From NCBI GenBank assembly GCA_023920165.1, contig CP089275.1:5146001-5210000 (forward strand): a stretch of DNA of 64,000 bases. The letters run 5' to 3'. Of this stretch, positions 25,954-38,171 are shown one piece after another. Position numbers and translations under genes: made by a program. This stretch comes from Curvularia clavata (Eukaryota). Each line of letters begins with the position of its first letter. Position 1 is the stretch's first letter. The notes below the pieces were generated by a model. That model made no database searches. It saw only the letters and a program-made list of their open reading frames with translations, and was not told where the DNA came from.

Positions 25954-26679
25954 ATGTCATTTCTGACTAAACTCCTGCGCCCTTTCAGCACAATGTCCAA
26001 CGCGCCCGCACAACCCATGACAGTGCCTGCGGGCGCGCACACAGCTACAGTCGCCGCAGGCTGCTTCTGGGGCGTCGAGCACATGTATCGTAAAGAGTAC
26101 AAGGACAAGGGTTTGTACGATGCGCGCGTTGGTTATATCGGCGGCGATACAGAGAACCCTGGGTACCGGGCTGTGTGCAGTGGACGAACAGGCCGTATGT
26201 ATATATTTTCGTTCACTAAGAGCAGTGTCGTTGCGTTGTCGTGGCTGCGGCTGCGACTCCGACTGCGACTGCGACCAGAATCTATATTCCGAGGAACCAG
26301 TCATACTAACGAGCACGCCATCGCAGATGCCGAAGCACTACAAGTCGTATATGATCCGAACAAGGTCACCTACCGTTCTCTCCTAGAATTCTTCTACAGA
26401 ATGCACGATCCAACAACGGCCAACCGTCAAGGACCAGATGTTGGTACCCAATACCGCTCAGCTATTTTCTACCACGACGCCGAACAAGAGAAGGTTGCGC
26501 GCGATGTCACAGACAAGGTGAACAAGCAATGGTGGAAGGGTGCCGTCAAGACAGAGATTCTGCCCGCTGGCAAGTGGTGGGATGCTGAGGAGTACCATCA
26601 ATTGTACCTGGACCACAACCCAGGCGGTTACGAGTGCCCAAGCCACTTTCTGAGAACCTTTCCGCCGCTCGAGGATTAG
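25954..26679 (+). CDS. msrA: Peptide methionine sulfoxide reductase A; intron 26195-26326
   Basis: AAGCFWGVE catalytic motif, GHAE restored by splicing, HDPTT.NRQGPDVGTQYRSAIF, AEEYHQLYL. Confidence 0.95.
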   Translation: MSFLTKLLRPFSTMSNAPAQPMTVPAGAHTATVAAGCFWGVEHMYRKEYKDKGLYDARVGYIGGDTENPGYRAVCSGRTGRMYIFSFTKSSVVALSWLRLRLRLRLRPESIFRGTSHTNEHAIADAEALQVVYDPNKVTYRSLLEFFYRMHDPTTANRQGPDVGTQYRSAIFYHDAEQEKVARDVTDKVNKQWWKGAVKTEILPAGKWWDAEEYHQLYLDHNPGGYECPSHFLRTFPPLED

Positions 26680-26895
26680 AGAAGTGGGTCCAGATGGGAG
26701 ACTGAAGCTCTAAAGGGCAGGCAGGGTGGAAGGGAAAACTGCAGAATCATGATACCTCTCGCAATACACATCGCAATTTCCATTTTTGACATGATTTTCT
26801 CTTTCACATGCGTTGATTTATTTGCATTTTTTGCTGTCGTTAAAAGCCATTATACATATGGTTCTTTCATCATATAAACAGTTCCCAACCCTCAT

Positions 26896-27470
26896 CTACT
26901 GAGGTGGCAGAGCCTCAAAAGTGGTCGCAACCTCCTTCTCCCATGGCAGACGGTCCTTGCCGTAAATCTCGGCACCAGGCTTGAAGTTCTTGACTCCCTC
27001 CTCGAGCAGTCCGGTCCTCAAGACAATGTTGTCTGGGCCCAATGCCTCTTGCTCGTGGTAGACGTGTGTGGTGCAGTTCTTGCAGTAGTACTAATTCCAG
27101 GAGAGAATGTCAGCATATCTCCATGTCCATTTGGCCAACGCAAATGCGTTTGAGAGAAGAAGGGGAGAATAATAACGTACGCAGTGGACGCTCTTGCCAG
27201 AGTCACCCTTGTATGTGTACTTGCCCAGGTCATCACCGCCCTTTGTGAACTTGAGCGCCTTGGTGGGGATAATTTGGTTGAGCGTGTAGGTGGAACCAGA
27301 GAGGTCCTTGCAGGTGTTGCAATGGCTATCCCAAAATATTAGTCTTTGCAACTCCTCCCTGATAAATAGCAGCTAAAAGCTCACCAGAGAATGTGTGCCT
27401 GCTGGTCCTGCTGCAGAGTCGCCGTCCACTCCGTCTGCTTGCAATGGCACGCTCCCTTGAAGTCCGTCAT
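26896..27470 (-). CDS. GFA/Mss4-like (CENP-V/GFA) zinc-binding protein, 3 exons
   Basis: MTDFKGACHC..CHCNTCK..SG..GDSGKSVHCYYCKNCTTHVYH..EIYGKDRLPW after removing two GT-AG introns. Confidence 0.85.
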
Positions 27471-27689
27471 GATTTCCGATTGGTTCTTGAAAAAGGTTCG
27501 AAGTGATAAAGTTATGTAGAATGGACAACAAGGTCCTCTTCGGAACGGAAGATTAAATACCTTTATATAGTTGTGCTGCGCGCCCAGTAGCTCCCACCCT
27601 GTCCTCCATTCTTGTCCAACTACAACCTCGAATCGCAAAACGCTACCCTACGCCATTTCCCCTCCCATCCCTCTCCTGCCTACATGCAG

Positions 27690-28630
27690 TAAGCCCAACA
27701 ATTCGCCTCCCGGTGATTGCCCCTCCACACCTCATGTTGCATGTCGGAGCAGCGTATCAGCAGCGCTGGGACAACATGGGGGGTGGAACCGGACCCTAGG
27801 GTATTTGTCAAGTTGCATATCCCGCATCCACCTAGAGATTGCAGACTACGCCTGTTACAATGGCCCACCGTGGTCGTTGCTCTAGATGCTGTCGATATGA
27901 GCGACCGCGGATCCAATCGTAACACGACATGTTTTTTCCGCGCTATCCTTATTCTTTGGACCCGCCACCCATTGCTGATCTCTCTCCATATCTCTCCATT
28001 GAGGTACCTAGGACGAGCTAGGCTGCGCGGTCTAGCTTGCTCAGCTTACTCGTCGCATTGAATGCGAAGCTGAGTGAGGAATCAAGTATGGATATGCTTG
28101 CTCCAACGAGAGCCAACAGACGCGTCAATTTCCGAGACAAGTAGTCGTTCGAGACTCTCGATTGCAGGTAGCTGAGGAGGGGTAGCCTAGGAGCTCCTTG
28201 TGTTGCCTTCAGGGACACGAAGGCGCGCATCTAGTGACGAAAGCGGGGCCGCGAGGAAGCGGGAATACGCGGGCGCGCGGAGCGTATTGCGGATCCGGCG
28301 CCTTTGTCAGGCGGGATGTAGCGGGTCAAAGAGTCGGGTTCGGTACTTTTGTACGCCAAAGACGAGGCCGGTTATTCCAAATCATACGCACAGGGCGCAC
28401 GTGTATGCGGTTGGAATGTGCGTCGTGCTACGCATGGCTGGCGGTGGGTGATGAGGGCGGTATGCTAGTGGCGTGAGGCAGATACAGCTAGACCAGAGTT
28501 TTGTGGAGCTAAAGGCGTGGACTAGAGAAGAGTTTGGAATACATATCGGGCTGGGAGATGCAATAGTTGGCGGTCAGTCTTGACTCGAAGAAAGGTAACG
28601 GGCGAGTTGGGGCAGCTAAATGCCGAGCGG
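27690..28630 (+). ncRNA. Candidate large structured non-coding RNA, family unassigned; ends approximate
   Basis: At least 8 local hairpins plus nested long-range helices, many with G-U pairs on the + strand. No credible ORF (see findings). Confidence 0.45.
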
Positions 28631-28859
28631 TTCCTCTCCGCCTTATTATACCTCTCTTGTTTGAATACTAATCATGTCGCTCGTTTCTGACAAATGGGAA
28701 CCCTTACATCCACTGCAGGCATTCTTTCTAAGCAATTGATACCTTCTTCAATCAAATAGTCTTTGAAAAGTAGAATATTCTCTTTTACCCATACTTTTGC
28801 AAGTTAATACATAGTTGAATACAGGTGTATATCTTTTTTATTCTCAGGAACCCGTCTTT

Positions 28860-30678
28860 TTAGTCCACCTCCAGCAGCTCATATCGTCCACCGTGCTTAT
28901 CCAGCGCGTCCTCCACTCTCTCCATGATTGCAAGCACCTTCTCTTCTTCCAGTCTTCGCCCGATAACCTGTACAGCCACAGGAAGACCAGCCATCTTTTC
29001 AGCATCGTAGTGCTTGTACGCGCCTTGTGCGACGCCGTTCAGCTTCTTCAGCTGAAAGTCTGAGGGAAGGGCATCCTCCTTGGCATCTACGTGGGTTACC
29101 GGGAGTACTCCCGCAGAGTAGTCAAGCTTCGCAGCGGTCAGCATGAAACAGAGATATTGAGGTGATACAACTTACCAGATTGAACAGAAAGGTGTACCCG
29201 CAGCTGCTGACTGCATCGTGCATGCCGCCATGAGGTACAGCAGGCGTTGCGTTGGGTGGGGCGAGCATGACATCCATCTTCGCCTCCTCAGACCACCACT
29301 TGTAGAAGTTTGCCTTGTAGTATTCGCGCCTGGCAATCAGCTGCCAGTACTCATGTGCAGACTTTGGGTGCCAGTCTCGCAGCAGACCGGCCCAGATCGA
29401 ATCTCCCTTAATGTACTTGACATATAGGTAGTGGATATACTTGATAAAGCGAGGCAGATGCATGTACTTGACCATCTGTGCTGCGCCAAGATCATTCCAC
29501 TCCCCAGTTCGGAAATGACCTAAGAAGGTCGCGCCACCGTCGCTCAGGAGTAATTGAGATGCGACCTGCAAAGCCTCGTATGGTGATGGCGGTTCAACAT
29601 CAAACACTTCGTGGCCTTCAGCAACAAGCGCTTTTACTGTTTGGTCCAGAGCACGCGCACATGCTGGTGAAGGATCTACAACGTGGTCTGTCCGCATCAC
29701 ACCGATTCGAAGCTTCTTCTTTTCTCTGTACTCGGTCTCTACATCCTCCCTCCATGCTAGTGGGTGGACCGTGTAGTCGTATTGCCAAGGCTTCATCTGG
29801 ATAAAGCTACGCGTGAAATACGTCAAGTCATTCAGCGTCCTTGCCATAGGACTGGCAACGCTTGGAATACCGTCCTGGCCAGCCATGCTAGTGTTTAAGC
29901 CTACTTTTGGCCAGCGCCCAGTGGAACAGCGTATTGAGTAGCAGCCAGAGAAGTGAGCAGGGACACGAACGGAGCCAGCAACATCAGTTCCGATACCGAT
30001 GCGGCTACCACCAAAAGCCAAAAGCGCCGATTCGCCACCAGTTGAGCCGCCCGGTGAGTACTTGTCATTGTGGGGGTTCTTGCACTGTCCCCAGACGTCG
30101 TTGGTAGATTCAAACGAGAGAAGCGTAGTGGGTATGTTAGTCTTGACAAACGGTACAGCACCGGCATCTTTTAATATTTTGATTGTGACTCCGTCTTCAG
30201 ACTGTGGCTTGCCGACATTGGTTGAGTGAGCAACTGAGGTGTCGAAACCCTTTACGTTGACTGTATCCTTTACGGAAACAGGGATACCAGCAAGCGGACC
30301 CTTGAGGTTGACCTCATTTTTGGCCCATTCCTCTGCTTCTGGGAACAGTACCTCAGTCACGCAGTTAATCTTTTCTTGCGCCTTGACAGTAACCTTGGCG
30401 TATGCTCGCAGGATGTCAATGGGGTTGGTAATTTGCTTGTGTACATCTTGGACCAGTTCTTGAATGGGCTTGCCAAGAATGGTACGATCCTGAGCAGATA
30501 GAGGGGAGAGATATGGTGCAGGGAGTGAAGCAAGCTTGGAAGCGCGTTCCGACTGCTTGCGTTTGCTGATGAAGCTTAGCTGGCGATATCCTTCAACACT
30601 GTGTGGGGTAGCTCTACATATGGAGCTTGGATCAACTCACCAGTCGGCCTTATGTTGCCAGTACGTCGAAAGACCCAT
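28860..30678 (-). CDS. Amidase signature family enzyme (acetamidase/FAAH-like), 3 exons
   Basis: GPLAGIPVSVKD, SPGGSTGGE, GIGTDVAGSVRVPAHFSG, GLPVAVQVIGRRLEEE; short first exon MGLSTYWQHKAD. Confidence 0.9.
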
Positions 30679-31962
30679 CTTGATGATTGTCACACAGCGT
30701 AGAAGTGTATGCAGAATGCGGCTGATGGCGAGCTTTTAAAGCCCTTGGAATTACCTTATCGGCTGTAAAGTCACGGGAAGCCGCTGATATGCGACTATCT
30801 AAGAGTGTGGTCGCGTGGACTTGCCCTTTCAAGCTGACCCGAGGTGGAAAGCGGGGGGCTGACTATCGTAAGGCGCGCGCCCTTGTCATACACGTAAACA
30901 CCAGCACTTGTACCATACTGTTCGACGATAGACTTATATACGGCCTTGACGTTCCGCGGATGTCCCAAGGCTCCCTTCATGGAAATCGTCAGGACCTCTG
31001 GAGCCTAGTACCATGTCTGACTCACAGCGGCGCATTCTATGAAGGGAATAGACATGGTACATCACTATGCAACAACGCCTCATTTTTCATGTCAACATGA
31101 AGGCTGCCTAGATCTCTGTATCCGCTGTCGATGGACCAATACGCGTGCGAGTGTACAAGCGCGGAGCCTCGCATTGACGTGGTAAGTTCCGATGGCGTCT
31201 TGTCGACACAAGTGTTCCTTGGACAACGCCTTCACCAAGGCTGGGAACAGGTCCTTTCAAACATCGTTTCAACCTTCGAAGCCTCTGATTGAGCCTCAAC
31301 ACTTTCGAGCATAGCTCCCGCGCGCGAGGTTGGGCGGGAGGTTCATGTGGGACCGCGGAAGCACAGCGACAGCCGCAACGACGCGTCTCGTCCAACCGAT
31401 CCAAACATCAAACCACAGCTCCACTTCCCTCAGGTACCGCTCTACATCTTGAAGCCTGTGTGGGTTCCCCCAGAATTGGCGTGTCGATTTGTTATGCTGT
31501 AGCCGCCGGGATGCATCAGTGCGCAGCTCGGACATTTTTTGGAGCATCGCACTTCTCGCTTCTCATTGGCCCGCCCAGCGACTACTCAAGATACCATGAA
31601 ACTATGGCGGTCCAGACGTCCGATGAGCAAGAATAGCTACAGCTTCAGCTATTCCGTTTTCAATGACTTGTTGAGGTAGCAAGCAACGTCTAGATATATA
31701 ATATGTGCTGGACAACAGCATCAGGACAGTCATCAAACACACAAGCCAACTCATCACAGCTCACTTCCTTTTCCTCTTTTTTCCTCTATTTCCTTATTTC
31801 CTATCTGGGTCTCATTCTTCTCTCGATTTCCTATCACAACACACTCTCTTCTGCTGTGCAGATCGCTATCGTTTCTTTGCTGCAAGAAATCACCTCGTTC
31901 GTCCACTCCGACATCCAACCCTCAGCAACACTCTTCGAAGTCCATTTCTCCAATCAGCCAAA

Positions 31963-32651
31963 ATGCCTATCCCAACCTACAACGCTAAGCCTCTGAGCAT
32001 GATGCTCCTTGGTGCTCGTGTCCTCCAGGCTATCTCCATGATCCTCGTCATCGGCATTTCCTCCAACTTTGTCCAGATGATTGTCACGACTGGTGTGGAG
32101 CCGCCCAAGGAGTTTGTTGGTACTCTCAGTGTGGTATGTGTCAACGAATAACATTCTCAGTAGCCTGCTAACTTATCCAGGCCTGCATTGCGACCCTTTA
32201 CATTATGGTCAGTGTTGGCTATTACTGGTCGGAAGCCAACCTTGGCCTTCTCGTCATGGCTGGTGTCGACTCCCTCCTCCTCATCGCCTTCATTGTATGC
32301 GCAGTCACCCTCGGAAAGCCCATGTCTTTCCTCAACTGCTATGTCATTGGAAAGACTCCCGCCGAGCTCGACGCAATGTATGCCAGCGCCTTCGTCACTG
32401 CGACCGTAGAGAACCTCAACAAGTCGGTCTCCAGCTTGGGTCACTGGGCCGGCGTCACTCGCAGCAACTGCTTCCAGGCCAAGACCGTCTGGGGTATGAC
32501 CATCGCCCTCTGGTAAGTTTGTCGTTTCCGTCATCCCTAGGCATTACTAACTCTCCTTAGCATTCTTTTCACCGTCTCATGCGCTCTTCTGCCTACTCTC
32601 TGGTACAAGAATAACATGAAGAAGCCCGCAAAGACCGTCGAGGAGGCCTAA
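31963..32651 (+). CDS. Four-TM MARVEL-like membrane protein, 3 exons
   Basis: ARVLQAISMILVIGI, three further hydrophobic helices, a Cys pair (LNC..SNCFQAK..WG), GT-AG introns at ~32134-32180 and ~32513-32560. Confidence 0.7.
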
Positions 32652-33613
32652 TGCGACAATGTTTAATGTCGATATGTTGAGGCAATGCAACGAAACAGCA
32701 AAACAAACAGCCCGCCACAAGCGATACCTGCCAGTCTCCTACCCTCACCCATTTTCCTATCTGTCAAAACCATAAAAATAGTATGCATCGCGATGGAGTT
32801 TGGAGTTGTCTTTTGATTTTCGTCTTCTTCTCTGCGTGGACATTGAATGTCCCTAATCCCTAATGAATATTTTTGGGCCTAGTCGCTCATATATAAAATC
32901 AAATACATGAAGTCTATGTTTGACATTGTGCTTAATGATCGGGTGCTTGCGATATTCTCCTGTTTCTCTCCTCTCTACTATCCAAACTCTCCCACCATTG
33001 GTGAAACCGGAAAATGGCAACGTACAGACCCACCACCTACAAACTAGCTGTAGTCGTCACTGTTACTTGTTACTTACTATGTTCTAGTACCCAGAACTCT
33101 AGTCTTTGTAGTTGTCAAATTCACTCTCCACTGTATTTAAAACGTGGGTGAGCTTGTTTTAATTCCCTAATTCTACTGGTTGTGGGGGTGTCCTGAATAT
33201 TTAAAGCATGCTTGGCTCTTGTATTTTGCTCACTCTAATCCTTGACAACCACTTCACGTCTTCTCAAGGATCACAGGCTGTGTAACAATACACTGCATAA
33301 AATTTGAAGGAGACCAATAGGCTGCAGACATGAAACCAGGCGTGATGTTCCATTCACCGCTGTATCAATCTCGTGACAATTACATGGTAACTTCACCGAC
33401 ACGTCCAACGCAGCTCTGCGATCAAGCCGCACTGTTGAATACAATGCCAGAGCCACATTCATCCTTCACACCATACCCAATTCCTCTACCACATAAAACC
33501 TACCAGGAACAGCACAGTCCTACTCCTATCCATCAGGTACAATCCACTCCACCTATACCAAAAGATCTTACACCCCTAAACACACCACTAACAAACAGCA
33601 TCCACAAAACCCA

Positions 33614-33931
33614 ATGTGCAAACTCTACCCACTGCAGTGTGCCAAACCCGGTTGCACAAATACAGTGCCCCCGCACTATGTCTGGGGCGAGAGCTGCTAC
33701 CAGTCGTTTGGGCCCAACCAGTCCATCAACGATGGCGTACGCAGGCACTATGTGCCGGGGACTAAGCCCTCAGGCTGGTGTGGCCAGACGCGCATAATGC
33801 CTCCGTATAAGCACAAGACTATGTTGTGCGAGGCTCATCTTCAGGAGAAGAAGAAGAGGGAAGAGGAAGAGCGAAAGAAGGAGAGAGAGAGGGAGGGACT
33901 GCCGAGGGGGATGGGGCATCTGATTGATTAG
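33614..33931 (+). CDS. Small Cys-containing orphan protein with a charged C-terminal tail
   Basis: ATG in AAAACCCAATG context after a C/A-rich leader; MC..C..C..C..C..C pattern, E/K/R-rich end, followed by a GT-rich 3' region. Confidence 0.45.
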   Translation: MCKLYPLQCAKPGCTNTVPPHYVWGESCYQSFGPNQSINDGVRRHYVPGTKPSGWCGQTRIMPPYKHKTMLCEAHLQEKKKREEEERKKEREREGLPRGMGHLID

Positions 33932-34489
33932 GAGACTTATTAAGTAGTTGATTTCGTTCGTGCATGTATTAGTTGATATAGTTAGGGAGGGTGTGAGGCG
34001 AGGAGGGAAGAACTTGTGTTCTCTTTTTCTTTGTTTTTTTAAGCCTCATGACAAGATTTATGTTAAGATTACAAGAGTGAAAATAAGGACGAAAAATTGT
34101 GTTGGTAAGATATCTCCGTAGACAGAGATGCTGGTCATGTCTGGAATAAACTGGTGCGTGTTTGTGCTCTGGGGAGGTGGGTGGTGAGCATGTCGATTCT
34201 GTGGATGGCGTCTAGGAGAGGGAGGCATGGTCGTGTCAAATAACTTTCTCGTAACCAACGCACTATCGCATTAACATATCCTATCTAAAGAACATATGAA
34301 AAAGAGGGGGTATCCAAGCCAACGCGATCCGCCTGTACTAGGTCATCTGACCCTGAAGTTCCGTTGACAAAAGTCACTATATATACACAACCCGAGAAGA
34401 CCCAGCCCGCTGATTTCCCAAAACACTTTCGGTCGTCGTAACAAAGGAATATATACACACATATATGAGGGAGTAGATGCAAAGGACAC

Positions 34490-35980
34490 CTATGAGTGAT
34501 GTCCTCGCCCAGCACTCTCGATATGCGGACTCGACCAATCGATGCGCGGCTCGTTAAAGGGCGTAATATCCTTGTTGCCGTCACCATTACTCGACCGTCC
34601 ACTTCCATTACCATGCTGAAATCCCGCAGGCGGGGATTCGCTGACGCTAACCTTCACATCCATACTCTTCATGATGCCAGGGCCTCTGTGTTCATCGTCG
34701 CTGTCCAGAATCGCGCGATCGCTCTCGTCATCGAGGACGCTTTCGCCAGGTATACGCGAATGGTAAGCTTTGCTGCCCTGGAAGTTGTTCATGTGGATAC
34801 TGTTTCCGACTGTGCCGGCGCCACCGACAGTGGAGCGGCCGTATCCGTAGTGTGGTGTTTTGCCGGATCCGGTCCAGGTCGAGGGCAGTATCTTCGAGAA
34901 GAAGTTGTCGAAGGCTTTGCGCAGTGGGGGCAGTGAGGCGATGAGGATGCCGAGAGAGAGTTCGGAACTCGACCAGATGGTTAGGTTCACGCCGTCCCAT
35001 GTGGGGTCTTTGGTTGTTGTCAGGGTCTTCAGCTCGATGGTTTTGAAAATGGAGCAGATTGTCGCACTGGGGAAGATTAGTCTTCGATTCTCGATAGGTA
35101 GTGGGGTTAGGGGATCCTGGCTTACGGGATACTGAGAAGAAAGACGATACGGATGCCCCATTGCGTCTTCCGAGATAGTTGAACGCGCGATAGATAGATC
35201 AGTGGAGCGGCCATGTATACGAGGTCAGTTATGATGTTGCTAATTCCTGCATGGTGTTAGAGATCGAGCTAACTGTGGCAACTATCGCTTCGCAAAACTC
35301 ACCCTGAGCGTAACTTTGGGGCAAGGTTCCTTTAGCCCAGCAGTGGAACTCCCCTTGGTATCCGAAATTCCAGTTCTTCTCCAACGGTACACACCCGAAT
35401 AGTGTCAGGACTGGGGCCAAAAAATTCAAGGCCGTGACCATGAGAATAGATAGCCAGACGATGGCTAGGTAGACTTTGGAGAAGTTCAGGGCGAGCAGCC
35501 ATGCGCAGATAGACCACTTCAGGAAGGCGACGGCGATGATATCTAAGGGCAGGTCGTAAGCATTTGACCTGTAAACAGTTGACAATGCGAACTTACTGAT
35601 GATTTGAGTAATCCATAGGTAATAGCTGTACTTAAGGATATTTGGAAAGACCGTAGGATCCATGATATGACGCCCAAGACCATGATCTACCACGACCTGG
35701 TTCATTGCGGTTGCTGCAATGCTGAGAAGCTGCGATGATTCATGTTAGCATGGCGTATCGCCTTAGGCTTGAGTGTAAGACTGAACCAAGTGAGACTTAC
35801 AGCAGAAGTGATCAGCAGGTAATCACTGAGCATGAACCTGCGTGCTTGTATGATACCGTACACAACTCTCCATACTACAAAAATTGTGCTGATAATCAAC
35901 AAGATCCACACTGGAACAAGGACAAGAAGGCGCCGGTCGGGCCACTCTTGCTCCGCACCCGGTGGTGCATCTTGGGCCAT
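34490..35980 (-). CDS. PTH11-like (fungal rhodopsin-domain) integral membrane protein without a CFEM domain, multi-exon
   Basis: SDYLL, HGLGRH, FLKWSI, FGCVPLEKNW..C, W..SELSLGILIASLPPLR; Ser/Gly-rich cytosolic tail. Confidence 0.85.
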
Positions 35981-38171
35981 GCTAGACTGAGGCTTGATCT
36001 TGCAGATGGGCAAAAGTCACAAAAGAAAAGAAAACACACATCCAGGGTTTGGGGTATGTGTAGGGGTTTTGTCCCGTGCAGATTTGGGCAGCAGGAATTT
36101 AGTATTCTGATCCACGCTGTGTGAAGCGCCAGTCAAACCGCACGGTTACAGAACAGAGACAGGGCCAGATCTATCATAGAAGGCCCGTCCATTCGAACCC
36201 GGTTCTCGAAACGTACCAGCTCGGTCTTGGATACGCATCCTCCTACGAAAGCTGATGGGGTGACCGGATCGTAGTCTACGCATGAGCATAGGCCCGCTCC
36301 CTGCAGGTCGGTCCAATTGGAACCGTTGCCAGGGGATTCCAGTTCGCCAATTTCAGGAGGCACATACCAACCAGGTCATACCATGCGAACGAATGAGACG
36401 CATGTCAGTGAACGAGAAGCATTGCTACGGAGAGAAACGGCATATGCCACAAACGTGGTCCTTGTTGATGCATACCATATTCCAAGCGCAACAATGGTGG
36501 AACGCTGTTTACCAGGCGATCGACACGGGCACGAGCAGAAAATCTTGCACGATCCCAAGGTTTGCGATACGAATACTATGTCCGTACCCGGATGAGATGG
36601 ATGAGTGGCTTGGAGATAGATGAAGGCGGGAGAGCCACCTGGGGCTAAGTCCGTTAGTGATGTTAGTGTCCGCTAGTGCATCCTTCATCCAACCGAGACC
36701 TCCGAGCGCTGCCCTCGTATTTTGATCGCATTGTAACCTCTGATAAGTTCATACGCCCGCCCTACCATTACTTTTTTCTTCCTTGTCGATCGCCAAACGA
36801 TCTTCTATCGATTTCATATTTTGTAGTTCAATGATAGAATGCTGAAGAGAGGCCACTCAGTCGTCTTCTTGGCGTGGGCTATCAGTGACCCTGTAGGTCC
36901 GAAGCTAACGAGACCTAAAACCCCCATTGCTACTACTAGACACGGCACGGCACGGGAAAAATCACCTGAGGGGCCCATGTCCGGCATGCGCCGTCATTGG
37001 TGATTGCCACTATATCTGCTATGCCGATTCTATACCGATTTCGTCCTTCAATCTCAAGAAAAAGGGCCGTGGCCATGCTTACCATTGCCATGGTGTACAT
37101 GCTCCTCTCTGTACCAGTTGTCCATGCCTACAGTTCATCGACGTGCACATTGCGTCACCTGTAGTTACATACTCGGGAACCCAGGGGGCCGACACTCTGG
37201 AACGTGGGTCACTGTTGATCTCATCTCCGCAAGCTCGGACGACCAACCAAAATCCAGGCACTTGTCATCCAACACCAGCACGGCTCTTCTAATGTTGCCG
37301 AGCGGCGTGGCTACACTGCACGAGTGGGGGTACCGCAACCAAGGGTTTTCAGGGACTAGAGCTGATATGCTGTCTGTTGTTACATTGTACTACGGTAAAA
37401 ATCTCCGACGCAGTCGTGTGGCTTATTACTATGTGGACATATGTGAAGTAGTAGGCATGCCCCTGCCTCTAAGCGGCTCTTCGAACGCCCCTACTGTGAT
37501 GGCAGGCGTCTCACACATGTGATTCAATCAAAATCCCATGTTTTGATCAAAACCGAAAAGCCCCATTCCTTCGATCCGTCTAGAAGCGAGGGCGTGGCGC
37601 TCCAGTTAGCGTCGAAACGACCATGACACGCGGGCTCGGCTTCAGTACCAACCACGCCCCGTCTGCCGAAGAAAACCTCCATTTAGGGCCACCTGGCGCA
37701 GTAACATCAGCCCATTGGTACTGTTCCTTCGTGGAAAAATCTCTTGTTGCTCGGTCTTACGGACCGTCCCCCACCCGTCCCTGAAGCCAGCGAAACGTTG
37801 AGTGGGGCATCGAATGGTCTTATTACGCTCGATGCCGGGGGTGTATTGACTCGTTCGCTTCCAAGTTCAGGCATTTTCGATTTTCTAGATTGAACCGGTA
37901 TATCGGGTTTTAGCATTGCCACACCCAATGCATACAGACAATTTCCCGAGCGCAACCATTGCGGATTTGTGGATCATTGGAATCGGAATGATAACGCCGC
38001 AGGAACCATTTTCCACGTGGCGAGCATCCTTCTCGACCAATACGACGAACGTTCACGCAAGATAACATGGTCGTATAAAGCATACATTGGCTGCTCCCTT
38101 GAACAGTTCTACCGCAGGCCGAACGCCAACTTACTTTCGTTAATCAGTTAATCTATTCCTTTCGCGTCAAG

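Noticed and set aside
28172..28245. Hammerhead-like CTGAGGA...CGAAA
   Set aside because: Stem II does not close next to the core, and stems I/III were not found.
28448..28690. GTGATGA...CTGA as a U3 or C/D snoRNA
   Set aside because: No U3 box A or second C box, spacing too long, and no rRNA guide recognised.
27690..28720. Telomerase RNA assignment for the structured region
   Set aside because: No TAACCCTAA-type template or clear pseudoknot seen; cannot be fully excluded if the telomere repeat is atypical.
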